From the sequence record SRR31156797_4650: a stretch of DNA of 64,000 nucleotides; one strand, given 5' to 3'. Numbering within the stretch: the first letter of the stretch is position 1; each line of letters starts with the position of its first letter. Shown in pieces: positions 1 to 10,950 of the stretch. Made by a program: the position numbers and the translations under genes. Under the pieces are notes generated by a model, which was not told the origin of the DNA, did no database searches, and was given only the letters and a program-made list of their open reading frames with translations.

Positions 1-64
1 TAACTAAAATCACTCACGTTTAACTCCTGCATATTCCATCGCTTCTAAAAACTGTTGCATGCGA

Positions 65-1711
65 TTAGCCACAAAAGAAATGAATGATGTCATCAATATG
101 CCACGCTGCGACAAAGCCGGTCAGGGACATTGTCACTGTGTAAGGCAATGCAAGAACAACCATTCGCCCATAGGACAATCGAATGACCGGTGCCAATGCG
201 GAAGTAAGAAGGAAAAGAAACGCAGCCTGACCGTTAGGTGTAGCCACACTGGGAATATTCGTGCCGGTATTGATCGCCACGGCCAATTTATCAAAATTTT
301 CCATGATGGCACTGACCTGTTGCGCAGCACTTGCCGGCAGACCGGCCAGGACCTCGGCTCTCGACAAAAGCGGGTCCGTCAACATGTCCATGAGCTGACT
401 GCCCGCCATGGCAATACCGGGGACAGCGTCAAGCATCTGCGTAAAGTGCATCTTGGTTTCGGAAATATACACCGTCGCCACAAAGACGTTGTCGGAAATC
501 ATCGAAAGCACACCATTAGCTGCATAATAAGCGGCCATTTGTGTCTGCCCTTCCAATCCCAGTACATAATCAATGACTGGCTTGAAGAGATGTTGATCGT
601 GGATAACTGCAACAATCGAGAAGAAAACCACCAATAGTGCGGTAAAGGGCAAAGCCTCCTCAAAGGCATGACCCAACTGATGTTCATCCGTCACACCGTT
701 GAGCGCCGTCAGCAAAACGATGACGGATAGACCGACGATACCAACAGCCGCCAAATGAAATGCCAAGGCAATGATCAGCCAAATCGCGGCGAGTCCCTGA
801 GTGACAAGTTTGGCCCGACCAGTTTTACCTAGTTCAGCTTCACTCTCCATAGCTGTTTCCAACAAATGGGAACGAATATTTCCAGGAAGTAATGCGCCGT
901 ATCCAAAAAGCTTGAATTTCTCGACCAGCACACATGTCAGCAACCCAACGACGAGCACAGGCATGGAGACTGGGGCGACCTTGATAAAAAAGGTACTGAA
1001 ATGCCAGCCCATCTCGGCTCCGATAAGCAAATTCTGAGGCTCGCCCACCAATGTACAAACGCCGCCAAGGGCCGTACCAACGGCACCATGCATCATCAAA
1101 TTCCGCAGGAAGGTTCTGAATTGATACAACTCTTCGCGAGCAGTCTCCTTAACGAGCTGATCACTGCATAGATCGTGCGTACAAAACCTATCCTTCCCGG
1201 AGGCGAAACGGTGATATACGTTGTAGAATCCATAAGCCACAGCGATAATGACCGCCGTAACAGTCAGGGCATCAAGAAACGCCGATAGAAACGCCCCTGC
1301 CAGACAAAAGAGAACTGAAATAAGAACTTTGGACTGAACCCTGACCAGTATCCGAGTAAAGGTAAATTGGAGCAAATCCTTCATGAAGTAGATACCTGCC
1401 ACCATGAAAATCAGCAGGAGTATCACTTCAAAATTGGCAAGCGTTTCATGATACACGCTCGCGGGATGAGTCAAACCGAGGAAGACCGCTTCAATAGCCA
1501 ACAAACCACCGGCAGGGAGGGGGTAACACTTCAAGGCCATGGCCAGCGTGAATATGAATTCGCCGATGAGCATCCATCCGGCGATGAAAGGCCCCGCGAC
1601 ATAAACCAGAACGGGGTTGAGGAGCAGAAAACCCAAAATGGTCATTTTGTACCATTTGGGCGCATTGCCAAGGAAATTGAGAGCAAAAGCTCTCGAAATT
1701 GAAGTGGTCAC
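65..1711 (-). CDS. nhaB: Na+/H+ antiporter NhaB
   Basis: N-terminal [53 protein letters not shown] and [26 protein letters not shown] motifs characteristic of NhaB; many hydrophobic helices. Confidence 0.93.
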   Translation of the reverse strand: MTTSISRAFALNFLGNAPKWYKMTILGFLLLNPVLVYVAGPFIAGWMLIGEFIFTLAMALKCYPLPAGGLLAIEAVFLGLTHPASVYHETLANFEVILLLIFMVAGIYFMKDLLQFTFTRILVRVQSKVLISVLFCLAGAFLSAFLDALTVTAVIIAVAYGFYNVYHRFASGKDRFCTHDLCSDQLVKETAREELYQFRTFLRNLMMHGAVGTALGGVCTLVGEPQNLLIGAEMGWHFSTFFIKVAPVSMPVLVVGLLTCVLVEKFKLFGYGALLPGNIRSHLLETAMESEAELGKTGRAKLVTQGLAAIWLIIALAFHLAAVGIVGLSVIVLLTALNGVTDEHQLGHAFEEALPFTALLVVFFSIVAVIHDQHLFKPVIDYVLGLEGQTQMAAYYAANGVLSMISDNVFVATVYISETKMHFTQMLDAVPGIAMAGSQLMDMLTDPLLSRAEVLAGLPASAAQQVSAIMENFDKLAVAINTGTNIPSVATPNGQAAFLFLLTSALAPVIRLSYGRMVVLALPYTVTMSLTGFVAAWHIDDIIHFFCG

Positions 1712-1752
1712 AACGGTTCTCCCTGTGTTGCGTTTGGGGTTAAAGGTTCACA

Positions 1753-2181
1753 TCAAATCATGGTCGAATTCTTGAAAAGCTGCGCAATTTCTATTTCATT
1801 ATTCCGAAGTTGTTTTTTCTCCATAGCTCTCTGTACAGTGCTGAGGATTTCCTCCACGGACGCAGGTTTCACGAGATAATCGAAAACCCCACGCTGAAGG
1901 AGTTTTGTCGCGTCATTGATCGAGACATGTCCTGTCAGACAAATGGTTTCGACATCAAAACCCTGTAAACGGATTTCATTATAGGTTTCCTCGCCAGAAA
2001 GTTCCGGCATCTTCAAGTCGAGCAGGACAACGTCAAACCCACCAGTCGCCAGTCTATTCAACGCGTCCATGCCGTCACTAGCTTCATCCACGGCATATCC
2101 CTTAGACCTCAGGATTCGGGCCATGGATTTACGAAACCGTTCCTCATCATCAACAACCAAAATTCGCGCGGTAGTTTCCAT
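1753..2181 (-). CDS. Stand-alone response regulator receiver protein
   Basis: ILVVDDE, VVLLDLKMP, LTGH and YLVKP receiver motifs; no output domain. Confidence 0.9.
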   Translation of the reverse strand: METTARILVVDDEERFRKSMARILRSKGYAVDEASDGMDALNRLATGGFDVVLLDLKMPELSGEETYNEIRLQGFDVETICLTGHVSINDATKLLQRGVFDYLVKPASVEEILSTVQRAMEKKQLRNNEIEIAQLFKNSTMI

Positions 2182-2190
2182 AGATACCTC

Positions 2191-3108
2191 TCATGATGCT
2201 ATAGGGATTCGAACGGTAAAAGACGCACCTTCGCCGGGCTTTGACTTGACGGATATATCGCCCCCAAGCTCATTAACGATGCGCAAACTGACCGAAAGCC
2301 CAAGCCCAGTCCCTTCGCCGGGAGGTTTTGTGGTATAAAACGGATTAAATACCCGCTTCAGGTCTTCCGGAGGCAGGCCAGGGCCAGTGTCCCGCACTTC
2401 GATACACACCATGTTTTTTTCACAAAAGGTCGACACGAAAATGACACCACTTTTCCCCATGGCCTGAACCGCATTGATAAGCAGGTTCAAAAAAACCTGC
2501 CGCAAAAGAGGCGGATCGGTCTTCACCATGGGCATCAGGTCATCAAAAGCCCTGACGATCCAAATACTGTCAGTCCCGGATTCTCGTTCAACCAAAGACA
2601 ACATGTCTTCCATAAGCAAATTAATGTCTGCGAACTGGGAAACTGGACGACGATGTCGAGCGAAATCCAACAGCTTGTGCGTTATCTCAGAACACCGCTC
2701 AATCTGACCGAGAATGGAATCCAGACTGTCCTGAATTTCTCCCATCACCTCGGGAGGCGGCGGGGAATCGAGCTGGAGTCGTAACAACTCGACTTCACGC
2801 AAAATGATATTCAAAGGATTATTGATTTCATGCGCAATACCAGTGGAAATTTCCCCAAGAGCAAGCACCTTCTGCGACTGAATAAGTTCTTTTCCGAGGC
2901 GTGACTGTTCAGCTGTTACTTCATCAAGCCACCGCGCAGAAATCCGAAGTACAATCCACATCCCAACAATGGTTGCAGCAATAATAGCCATGATAAAAGC
3001 ATGCTCAAAAGGCGGGAACTTCCAGACGACAGCCGCGATCAGCAGGCAAGATGCGGGATACGCATACTGCCCCAGACGGGCAATCCTTCTGATCCGCAAC
3101 AATTTCAT
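2191..3108 (-). CDS. Sensor histidine kinase, two TM helices with almost no extracytoplasmic domain
   Basis: H-box [11 protein letters not shown]-box QVFLNLLINAVQA, DTGPG, FYTTK and GTGLGL. Confidence 0.92.
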   Translation of the reverse strand: MKLLRIRRIARLGQYAYPASCLLIAAVVWKFPPFEHAFIMAIIAATIVGMWIVLRISARWLDEVTAEQSRLGKELIQSQKVLALGEISTGIAHEINNPLNIILREVELLRLQLDSPPPPEVMGEIQDSLDSILGQIERCSEITHKLLDFARHRRPVSQFADINLLMEDMLSLVERESGTDSIWIVRAFDDLMPMVKTDPPLLRQVFLNLLINAVQAMGKSGVIFVSTFCEKNMVCIEVRDTGPGLPPEDLKRVFNPFYTTKPPGEGTGLGLSVSLRIVNELGGDISVKSKPGEGASFTVRIPIAS

Positions 3109-3503
3109 GCGTCACCTCGATCCTGCATCTTCAATCGGGAATGCTCACTGGCCGCCCGAATTCGTTCAAGCAGGTCATCAATTGAAAAAGGTTTGAGGAT
3201 ATAATCGTAGGCGCCATGACTCATTCCATCGATGCCCGACTTTACGGACCCATGCCCGGTGAGCATGATGACAGCCAACCCGTCAAACCGTTTACGAATT
3301 TCCTTGAGCGTTTCTATACCGCTCAATCCAGGCATCTTGACGTCAAGAATGACGACGTCCACGGGACTTTTGCGCAGACTATCCAGAGCGGCCTCACCGC
3401 TGGTGGCAACATCAACGTCGATGTTGCGTTTTGACAACCGACGTTTGATCAGCTTCAAAAAATCCGGCTCATCATCGACAACGAGTACCTTTATTCGAGT
3501 CAT
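3105..3503 (-). CDS. Stand-alone response regulator receiver protein
   Basis: VLVVDDE, VILDVKMPG, LTGH, YILKP; ATG at 3503 overlaps the upstream kinase stop codon. Confidence 0.9.
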   Translation of the reverse strand: MTRIKVLVVDDEPDFLKLIKRRLSKRNIDVDVATSGEAALDSLRKSPVDVVILDVKMPGLSGIETLKEIRKRFDGLAVIMLTGHGSVKSGIDGMSHGAYDYILKPFSIDDLLERIRAASEHSRLKMQDRGDA

Positions 3504-5176
3504 GCTTCCTCCTGGCAATCAGGGAAATACGGACAGGTCAACGGTAGGGATATGTTAAAAACAGTTCCCTGACCGCGTTTGCTGTCCACACTGATCTTGC
3601 CACCCAGTTTCTTGAGGGTGGTGTAAACAATGGACAGTCCAAGACCAGTCCCTTCCCCGGTGGCTTTGGTGGTAAAAAACGGATCGAAAACCTTATTGAT
3701 ATGCTCTTCCGGTATCCCTTCCCCACTGTCTTCAATTTCGACAATCACCCTGTCTTTCTCCCCACGGGTGGTCAGCGAAATGGAACCGTTTTCGCCAATG
3801 GCGTCGATGGCGTTTTCAAGCAGATTCAACATGACTTGCTGTACTTGATTCGAGTCGGTCGTTATCAGCGGAAGGTCCTGATCAAAATTCCGCAGCACTT
3901 CGATGTTCCGGTGGCGAGTCTCGTTTTCAAGGAAAGAAAAGGTCTGCATAGCCAGCATATTAAGATCCACGTCTTCATGAAGTGGCTCCATGCGACGGGC
4001 AAATCCAAGCATACGGTGCGTGACTGTTCGTGCTCGTTCCACATGCCGGTCAATATCGTCTGTGGCTTCCTGCAAATCATCAACGGCCTCACCTTCACCC
4101 AGCTCGCCGTCATTGATGATATCCCGTATCCATCCGGCACTTTCCCGAATAATGGACAACGGATTATTGATTTCATGGGCCACCCCTGCGGCCAATTTAC
4201 CAAGCGAGGCCATCTTACTTGATTGCATGACCGCTGCGTCCATGGCCGCTCGATCCCGATCCGATGTTCTGAGTTTGGCAACGACTGAAGACACGGAAAT
4301 GTATGCACCGATAAAAATCATCAACGCACAAATGGAAAGCAAAATGAATATGAGTGATTGTGTCCGCAAAAGAGGAGACAACTCCTCCTCTGGATTCTCA
4401 ATAATAATAAGCCGCCACCCGGCATGGGCCAATGGCGTAATCCCAGCGACAAAGGGGGTACCGTTCTTTTCCCAATTGATTATCTCGACATCATTCTCAC
4501 CACGATATTCCGGGAGCTCTGCCTGAGAGAGCACCTTTCCCCCAAAGCGAGACGGCGTTTGAAGCGCGTAATCCCTGTTAACGAGGTAGGCATCACCCTG
4601 CCTGCCGATACGGACATTGCGAACAAGAGACGTGAACACGTCTGAATCAATGGTGGCTCGAAGTATCCATGTATTATCCCCTTCTCGCCTTTTGACCGCG
4701 ATAATAAAATGAGGGAAATTCCGAAATCCCATGAAGACATCACTGATATACAACCCCTTAAGCATTACTTGGTTGAACCAGGGTTCATCCTTGTAATTGA
4801 CATTCTTGAGGTCAAAGGGACCGCAGTATGCTTCGTGCCGTCCGTCCTGCCCTATAACGCCTATGTCGATAAAAGAATGTGACGCCTGCTGAATGGTATT
4901 AAACACCTCATGCAGGTAGGTCTGATCCGTCATGTCGGCAAAGGAATGCATATCGGCGAGAAGCTGCAACTGGACAACCCGCTCAGTCAAAAACATATCG
5001 ATGGCGTCACGCTTGTTACTTGCTACAAGCCGTAAATTACTCGTCAGCTTTTCTTCATATGACTGACTGAATTCGGCGTGGATGACATACCCCAGCACAA
5101 AGAGAGGAATAAGCGAAAGGCTCAAGGTAATAAGAACAAGTGTCCACCGTAATTTCCTGTATGATGAAGTCGTCAT
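3500..5176 (-). CDS. Sensor histidine kinase with periplasmic Cache-type domain
   Basis: TM / periplasmic region (YKDEPWF...[10 protein letters not shown]) / TM, then [24 protein letters not shown] and GTGLGL. Confidence 0.92.
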   Translation of the reverse strand: MTTSSYRKLRWTLVLITLSLSLIPLFVLGYVIHAEFSQSYEEKLTSNLRLVASNKRDAIDMFLTERVVQLQLLADMHSFADMTDQTYLHEVFNTIQQASHSFIDIGVIGQDGRHEAYCGPFDLKNVNYKDEPWFNQVMLKGLYISDVFMGFRNFPHFIIAVKRREGDNTWILRATIDSDVFTSLVRNVRIGRQGDAYLVNRDYALQTPSRFGGKVLSQAELPEYRGENDVEIINWEKNGTPFVAGITPLAHAGWRLIIIENPEEELSPLLRTQSLIFILLSICALMIFIGAYISVSSVVAKLRTSDRDRAAMDAAVMQSSKMASLGKLAAGVAHEINNPLSIIRESAGWIRDIINDGELGEGEAVDDLQEATDDIDRHVERARTVTHRMLGFARRMEPLHEDVDLNMLAMQTFSFLENETRHRNIEVLRNFDQDLPLITTDSNQVQQVMLNLLENAIDAIGENGSISLTTRGEKDRVIVEIEDSGEGIPEEHINKVFDPFFTTKATGEGTGLGLSIVYTTLKKLGGKISVDSKRGQGTVFNISLPLTCPYFPDCQEEA

Positions 5177-7764
5177 GCTCCGCACCTCCAACCCTCGGAT
5201 TTTCCGGCAGTTCCCGACAAAAGTGCACCAATATCTGCTGTGAATTTCTGCCCGTATCGACTGATGGAATCCTGATCGGCTGCGACCATATCGACCTGAC
5301 GTGTATGAACGAGCAAATAACCCGCCACGACAAGGGCCTGTTCAACGGCTTCTTTTTCCACGCCCTCAATTCGTGCAAACAGGGCGTCATCCCGAACTTC
5401 AACGATAAATCCGTACCGCTCCAAAATTTCACCAATCATTCTGGCCCGACTGGAACGCCGCCCCATATCGGCACCGCCTCCCTTGAACTGAAAAAGCGCG
5501 TAATTTTCAGTGGGTTCATCTCCAGCGAATCCTTCAATTGTGCAAAAATGAAATCCGAAACGGGACTGAAGATTGCAGTAATGCCGACCAACTGTGAAAT
5601 AATTACGATCGCCCATACTATTGGCCATTCCCGGTGCCAAAGCAGGATTGCATGCGGCCTCGGAAAAAACTGACATAAGCCCACCGGGAGCGACCGGCGG
5701 AGGACCGCCCCACGGTATGGCGGTCATCCCGCGCCACAGGGCCTTCATGGTATTGGACCGGATATCATCCAGACAGACACGTGTGGTATCGTTCGACTCA
5801 GCGGTGCCACCGCCAATGTCGATGAGCCAATATTGCATAGGCATCTTGCCAACCAGCTTTCTCGCATTCGCGGTCAACTGCTCCCCGCCCATGAACATCT
5901 CATTGACGGCCTTCTCATGACAAAAGCGCGTAATATCATGCAAAGAAGTACAGTACTCCGGCGAAAATTCCGACGACTCGGGATCTGTCAGGGAAAGTGG
6001 TATGATAAACGGCATCATTCGCTGTAACGCCAAACGTACTTCATTGCTCGAAGACGATGAAACAGAGCCCACAGACGTATCAATCTGAGACTGTCTCGTA
6101 CCAATATAAATATTCCCGTTGTCAGCGTTCACAGTCACGACGCCAACTCCTGACAACTGCTCGACAGCCCCCGGGCCTGCAATCAAATACGGCTTGCCAA
6201 ATTCTCTGGCGACATTGGCGAGATGCCCGACAGGGCTGCCATATTCGGTTATCACTCCACTCACTTGTGACATCAGAACCGACAAATGAGGCCGTGCACT
6301 TCGTGCCAATAAGATACCATTCTCAGGGAATCGGGACATATCTTCATCCGATGTCACGAGAGCCAAACGGCCTGCTGCAACGCCGGGACTGGCGACAACG
6401 CAGGAATGCAGAAGGATGGAAGCAACGTCTTCATCGTTGTGCGTATGCGACAAAACTTTCTCACACGGCACAACGGACAAGGGGCGGCATTGAAGAATAA
6501 CGATACGACCACCGCGAGCCAGTGCCCATTCTATATCCTGCGGAGAACCGAAATGACTTTCAATACGAAGTGCCAACCAGACAAGCTGTTGAATAACCGC
6601 GTCCGATACGGACGGGGCCACACTCCTGTCGCCATAGAGTTTTTCCTTGTTGATACGACCGCCGGAAGTCTTCACATAACAGACTTCCTTTGCCGCAATG
6701 TCCTTGCTCCGAATTGCCAAGGAAGCACGATCAACCACCCAGGAATCGACCAGAGAGCATCCATCGACGACGGTGCGGGGAAGTCCCGGCACCGCGTTGA
6801 CGACAACACGCCCATCGTCATGGCCCAGAGGTGACTGGGTATAAATGACACCACCGGCCTTTGCATCGATCATTTCCATACAGGCCACACACATAACCAC
6901 GGCGTCATCACGCAATCCGCGATTAAGCCGATACGCCATGGCCGTGGCCGAATATGCACTGGCGACAACGTTTCTGTAGGCTTCAAGCACGTCACAGCCC
7001 TTGACCCCAAGCTTCGATACGAACTGTCCGGCAAAACTGGCCTCTTCAGAATCTTCTCCCACAGCACTGCTGCGGACGGCCATTCTGACATTACCAAGAT
7101 TCCTGCAACTTCTGATGACAGCTTGCTCGATATCCTGCGGGATCACCGTCATGTCGACGGCATGCCGGATGCTCTCTTCAAGAAGACGCAATCCCTCCAA
7201 CGTCTCACTGTCATGTATTTGGATCAACCGGTTGATTTCATCACCAAGCCCGGATTGCTCCATAAATAAATGGTACGACGAAGCAGTAATGGAAAAACCA
7301 CGGGGAACCGCCACCCCAAGAGCGGCCCGCACTTCGCCAAGCATGGCCATCTTGGACCCAGTCTGCGGCAAGGAATCAGCCCTGATGTCTTCCATCTGCA
7401 AAACCAGTGGCCCGCTGTTTTGTGTTGTCCCTTGATCCATGGCCTTTTCCATGGATAAAACAATGCTATTGAAGACATCCCTAAGCTCCTCATATTTCCC
7501 TGGAGCCATGAGACACAGTCGTTCGATCATCTGACGAACGCCGGAAGCAACCGTGAGGCATTGAGCCCTGACATGGGCCATGCTGAAAATGCTTTCTGAC
7601 TGCGCATCTTCAGTTATCTGGGCCATGATTTCGAGAGCCTTGTTGTTGGCGGCCAACAACAGGCGAAAATTCTCGGTCTTAGCCAGAAAGCGTTCCTTGT
7701 CAGCATCATGGCTGGCAGAGGATTTACGGATGCAATTGAACAGGGTCTTGAAGATGGTCTGCAT
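5173..7764 (-). CDS. PEP synthase/PPDK-like protein: ATP-grasp domain, phospho-His swivel domain, atypical C-terminus
   Basis: GSKMAMLGE, VPRGF, AVRSSAVGEDS..ASFAGQF, PQDIEWA, ILQCRP; swivel motif GSPVGHLANVAREFG. Confidence 0.85.
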   Translation of the reverse strand: MQTIFKTLFNCIRKSSASHDADKERFLAKTENFRLLLAANNKALEIMAQITEDAQSESIFSMAHVRAQCLTVASGVRQMIERLCLMAPGKYEELRDVFNSIVLSMEKAMDQGTTQNSGPLVLQMEDIRADSLPQTGSKMAMLGEVRAALGVAVPRGFSITASSYHLFMEQSGLGDEINRLIQIHDSETLEGLRLLEESIRHAVDMTVIPQDIEQAVIRSCRNLGNVRMAVRSSAVGEDSEEASFAGQFVSKLGVKGCDVLEAYRNVVASAYSATAMAYRLNRGLRDDAVVMCVACMEMIDAKAGGVIYTQSPLGHDDGRVVVNAVPGLPRTVVDGCSLVDSWVVDRASLAIRSKDIAAKEVCYVKTSGGRINKEKLYGDRSVAPSVSDAVIQQLVWLALRIESHFGSPQDIEWALARGGRIVILQCRPLSVVPCEKVLSHTHNDEDVASILLHSCVVASPGVAAGRLALVTSDEDMSRFPENGILLARSARPHLSVLMSQVSGVITEYGSPVGHLANVAREFGKPYLIAGPGAVEQLSGVGVVTVNADNGNIYIGTRQSQIDTSVGSVSSSSSNEVRLALQRMMPFIIPLSLTDPESSEFSPEYCTSLHDITRFCHEKAVNEMFMGGEQLTANARKLVGKMPMQYWLIDIGGGTAESNDTTRVCLDDIRSNTMKALWRGMTAIPWGGPPPVAPGGLMSVFSEAACNPALAPGMANSMGDRNYFTVGRHYCNLQSRFGFHFCTIEGFAGDEPTENYALFQFKGGGADMGRRSSRARMIGEILERYGFIVEVRDDALFARIEGVEKEAVEQALVVAGYLLVHTRQVDMVAADQDSISRYGQKFTADIGALLSGTAGKSEGWRCGA

Positions 7765-7782
7765 ATGTTCATCCTCCAGCCA

Positions 7783-8166
7783 CTACACCTGTGTACGACG
7801 TCTTGATCTGACGGCGTCCAGCACCTTGAAATACAACTCATCAGTCCCTACCGGCTTGAGAAGAAAATCAAAGGCTCCAATATCCATCCCTTCAATCATG
7901 GTTTGAGAATTGGCATGTCCCGTCAGGATGATCACCGGAAGATGCGGCTTAATGGCCTTGATACGGCGCAGCGTTTCAATGCCGTTCATTTCCGGCATCA
8001 TGACATCGAGAATAACCACGTCGAAATCAATGACACGGATTTTGTCTATGGCCTCCTGCCCACTGGACGCGATAGTAATATCGGCGTTTCTGCGAACAAA
8101 ACGTCGGGCGTATACTGTAAGAAAATCCTTTTCATCATCAACGAGAAGCAATTTTATCTTCTGCAT
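7783..8166 (-). CDS. Stand-alone response regulator receiver protein
   Basis: LLLVDDE, VILDVMMP, LTGH, FLLKP. Confidence 0.9.
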   Translation of the reverse strand: MQKIKLLLVDDEKDFLTVYARRFVRRNADITIASSGQEAIDKIRVIDFDVVILDVMMPEMNGIETLRRIKAIKPHLPVIILTGHANSQTMIEGMDIGAFDFLLKPVGTDELYFKVLDAVRSRRRTQV

Positions 8167-8282
8167 GGGAATCTCCGATCAACATTTTCCACGCCTGGGC
8201 CGGGGGCGGGGCAAGCCCCCGGCCTGACTGGGGAGGGTAAGGAATGCATGCACCAATCGTTTGCGCCGAATCGGTCACATCC

Positions 8283-8831
8283 TCACAGAAACACTGTCCG
8301 CAATTCGAGAACCAAAGGGGCTGCGGCCCAGAAAAACACCAACAGCAAGAATGCCGTCGAAATAACGATGAGAGCAGCCTTGATTTTGCTGACTTGTGCC
8401 ACCTTGAACAGTCCAACACCCACGAGCACGGCCCGAACAGGCTCCATCACAATGGCGAGTCCCGGAATCCAGGAAATGACCATGACCGCACCGCTGGCAT
8501 AGGCGTACACGTTAAAAACTTTGCCATAGGGGACTTTCCCCTGACCTGTCATGCCAAGAAGAATAAAACTGAAAGCCGCTCCTAGCGCAGGCATCAGCAC
8601 CGCGTTAACCATCATGACGACACCCATGAACAATGAGTTTTCAAAAAAATACGTCATGCTCACGGAACAATAAAAAATCCCTGAAATCATGAGAAAGAAC
8701 AGGGCACGACGCGACCCGGACTCCAACGCGACCTGCTCAAAATGCCGGGCCGGCGAACGCATGACATGAAAAATGACGTCGAAGTATTCCCTGATGCCCA
8801 TTCTGGCGTCTGCTGCACATGTTGCTTTCAT
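8283..8831 (-). CDS. YIP1-like integral membrane protein
   Basis: N-terminal VMRSPARHFEQV followed by about five hydrophobic helices and VYAYAS, the usual YIP1 layout. Confidence 0.65.
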   Translation of the reverse strand: MKATCAADARMGIREYFDVIFHVMRSPARHFEQVALESGSRRALFFLMISGIFYCSVSMTYFFENSLFMGVVMMVNAVLMPALGAAFSFILLGMTGQGKVPYGKVFNVYAYASGAVMVISWIPGLAIVMEPVRAVLVGVGLFKVAQVSKIKAALIVISTAFLLLVFFWAAAPLVLELRTVFL

Positions 8832-8843
8832 TGTCCCTGCTCC

Positions 8844-8993
8844 CTAGAAAAAATCTCGTGAATATTCGACCACGCCCCAAATGAGCATGACCATGGTCAT
8901 GACAAACAGCACTCGCCGTTCAGTCCGCTTCGAAAAATACGTCACACCCTTTTCATGAACGAAAAGCTTTTCTTGTTTCTTTTCCTGTTTCAT
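8844..8993 (-). CDS. Small 49-aa single-TM protein, not in the ORF track
   Basis: Read by hand: MKQEKKQEKLFVHEKGVTYFSKRTERRVLFVMTMVMLIWGVVEYSRDFF-TAG; AGGAG SD 7 nt upstream; fills the operon gap, ending 12 nt before the next start. Confidence 0.7.
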   Translation of the reverse strand: MKQEKKQEKLFVHEKGVTYFSKRTERRVLFVMTMVMLIWGVVEYSRDFF

Positions 8994-9066
8994 TGCCATC
9001 CTCCTGTTAAAATCGGCGACCCGCCCGAGGACGGGCCGCCGGAGTATTACGGTTGTTTGAACATCG

Positions 9067-10917
9067 TCAGAACGATGGGAGATTGTTGAATCCGATACCG
9101 GTCCAATAAATCGCTGTCAGAAGCACAATCACGATATTCGCAATGAACCACATGGGAATACCGACCCGCACATAATCCTTGGGTTCCAGATAACCGGACG
9201 CATAAACAATGGCGTTCGGCGGAGTTCCAATAATCAGGCAGTAAGCGAAGGATGACGCCACAGCGGTGGACATTGCCATGAACGGCAGGAATGTGGTGCC
9301 GGGATGGACAATACTTGCCAAGTTAAGGGTGATGGGACCGACTGCGGCGGCTGCCGGACCATCGGCCATCAGGTTGGTCAAAACCGCTGTCAGTCCGTTG
9401 GAAGTGAGCATCAGCGGGATGCCTTCGCTCATACCCAGCGGGGCCAGCATGTCGATAACGGACTGAGCCAGCCAGTAGGCAGCACCGGTCTTGTCGAGAG
9501 TACGACCAAAGATAATCGCGCCCGCGTACAACCAGACAACACCCCAGTCGACCTTTTCCTGATAATCACGCCAGTTGACAACGCCTGCCAACAGATAGGC
9601 TACGGCACCACCAACCGCGATGACACCGATGCCAAGGCGAATGGGATAAATACCCATGTTGTAAAAGGCCTTCTCGGTGAACCATCCGAAAACCATGACA
9701 AGGAAGATAACCATGGCCCAGATCTGATGCTTGTTCCACTTGCCCATCTTGCCAATTTCCCCTTCCAAATGGCGCATGGCCGGGGCAAGGGAAGTGATGC
9801 GGGGCTTGAAGATCATGTTGGTGATGAGCCATGTGCATGGAATCATAACAATGACGAACGGCATACAATAGCCGATCCACTGGGCATATCCGATATCCAT
9901 ACCGAACATATCACTCAAGTATGTCATCATGATAACGTTACGGGCACCGCCGGACGGAGCACCAGGACCACCGATATTACATGCCATGGCAATGGCAATC
10001 ATCAGCATTTTGGCGAGTTCCTTGTCCTCTGGAATCTCATCAGTCAGGCTGTTCTGATAGAGCAACATACCAATAGGAAGGAACATGGCTGCCAATGCAT
10101 GATCGGAAATGAATGCCGCAAGCGGGCTGATTACGATAAAGAATATCAACGTAATCCAGCGCACATTCGGCACGGCAAGTTTACGAAACATCATCAAGCA
10201 CATGCGCTTGTCCACACCTGTCTTTACAAAAGCCGCCGCAAACATGAGTGAACCCATGATAAACCAACATGCGTCAGACCAATATAAACCGGCTACCTGG
10301 CTTCGCGAAACGACTCCAGAAAAGACAAGAATCAATCCGATACAAAAGGCCACGCCCGGAAGCGGCATGCACTCGGTCATGAAACAAAAGACAACAAAGA
10401 CGACCAGAGCAATAGCGACCTTGATCTTCCATGCCCCCTTGTCCGCGTTTGCCTTGTCCCTGTCCGAAAGGTTGTCATACTTAAGTCCCTTCGTCCTCAT
10501 CTTGAACGCGCTCTGCATGACAGCCAGATAGGCTTCGGAGGGCACGGAATCCACAATATACTTCATGGACCGCTGGAAGTTGGTCGAATCAACCGGAATC
10601 TTGTACTTCTTCGCCCACTTTACATCGCGCTTGACAAACCGATCCTTGGACAGGGCGCCCATGCGCATGTTCTGCTCCATCATACGAGCGGTAAGAACTT
10701 GCCATTGCTCACAATCTGCACTGGTTTTCCCAAAGAGTTCCTGAGCTATGAACTGGGTTACGACCTTGGGGCCGACCGAATACTGCATTCCAACGTTCTT
10801 CATCCCATCGGGAGTAGGAAGAAGAATAATGACAGCAAAAATAATCACCGGAATTATGAGTAGCTTCCAATTGACGAACTTGTCGTAACCGGTCGCCTTT
10901 TTCTTTTCTTGAGCCAT
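9067..10917 (-). CDS. SLC13/DASS family Na+-coupled anion (sulfate/dicarboxylate) transporter
   Basis: FISDHALAAMFLPI, ACNIGGPGAPSGGARN, VDWGVVWLYAG and IGTPPNAIVYASG motifs; extra soluble loop near the N-terminus. Confidence 0.88.
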   Translation of the reverse strand: MAQEKKKATGYDKFVNWKLLIIPVIIFAVIILLPTPDGMKNVGMQYSVGPKVVTQFIAQELFGKTSADCEQWQVLTARMMEQNMRMGALSKDRFVKRDVKWAKKYKIPVDSTNFQRSMKYIVDSVPSEAYLAVMQSAFKMRTKGLKYDNLSDRDKANADKGAWKIKVAIALVVFVVFCFMTECMPLPGVAFCIGLILVFSGVVSRSQVAGLYWSDACWFIMGSLMFAAAFVKTGVDKRMCLMMFRKLAVPNVRWITLIFFIVISPLAAFISDHALAAMFLPIGMLLYQNSLTDEIPEDKELAKMLMIAIAMACNIGGPGAPSGGARNVIMMTYLSDMFGMDIGYAQWIGYCMPFVIVMIPCTWLITNMIFKPRITSLAPAMRHLEGEIGKMGKWNKHQIWAMVIFLVMVFGWFTEKAFYNMGIYPIRLGIGVIAVGGAVAYLLAGVVNWRDYQEKVDWGVVWLYAGAIIFGRTLDKTGAAYWLAQSVIDMLAPLGMSEGIPLMLTSNGLTAVLTNLMADGPAAAAVGPITLNLASIVHPGTTFLPFMAMSTAVASSFAYCLIIGTPPNAIVYASGYLEPKDYVRVGIPMWFIANIVIVLLTAIYWTGIGFNNLPSF

Positions 10918-10950
10918 TTTTAACCTCTGTGTGTTGAACTTCAATCAAAG

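Noticed and set aside
5173-7764. Assigning ppsA
   Set aside because: The C-terminal pyruvate-binding barrel motifs are not recognisable and the context is signalling
8195-9043. GC-rich hairpins at about 8197-8225 and 9014-9041 as ncRNA or REP-type repeats
   Set aside because: Not similar to each other in sequence; most simply intercistronic mRNA stability or processing hairpins
9304-10251. 315-aa plus-strand ORF
   Set aside because: Antisense shadow of the DASS transporter
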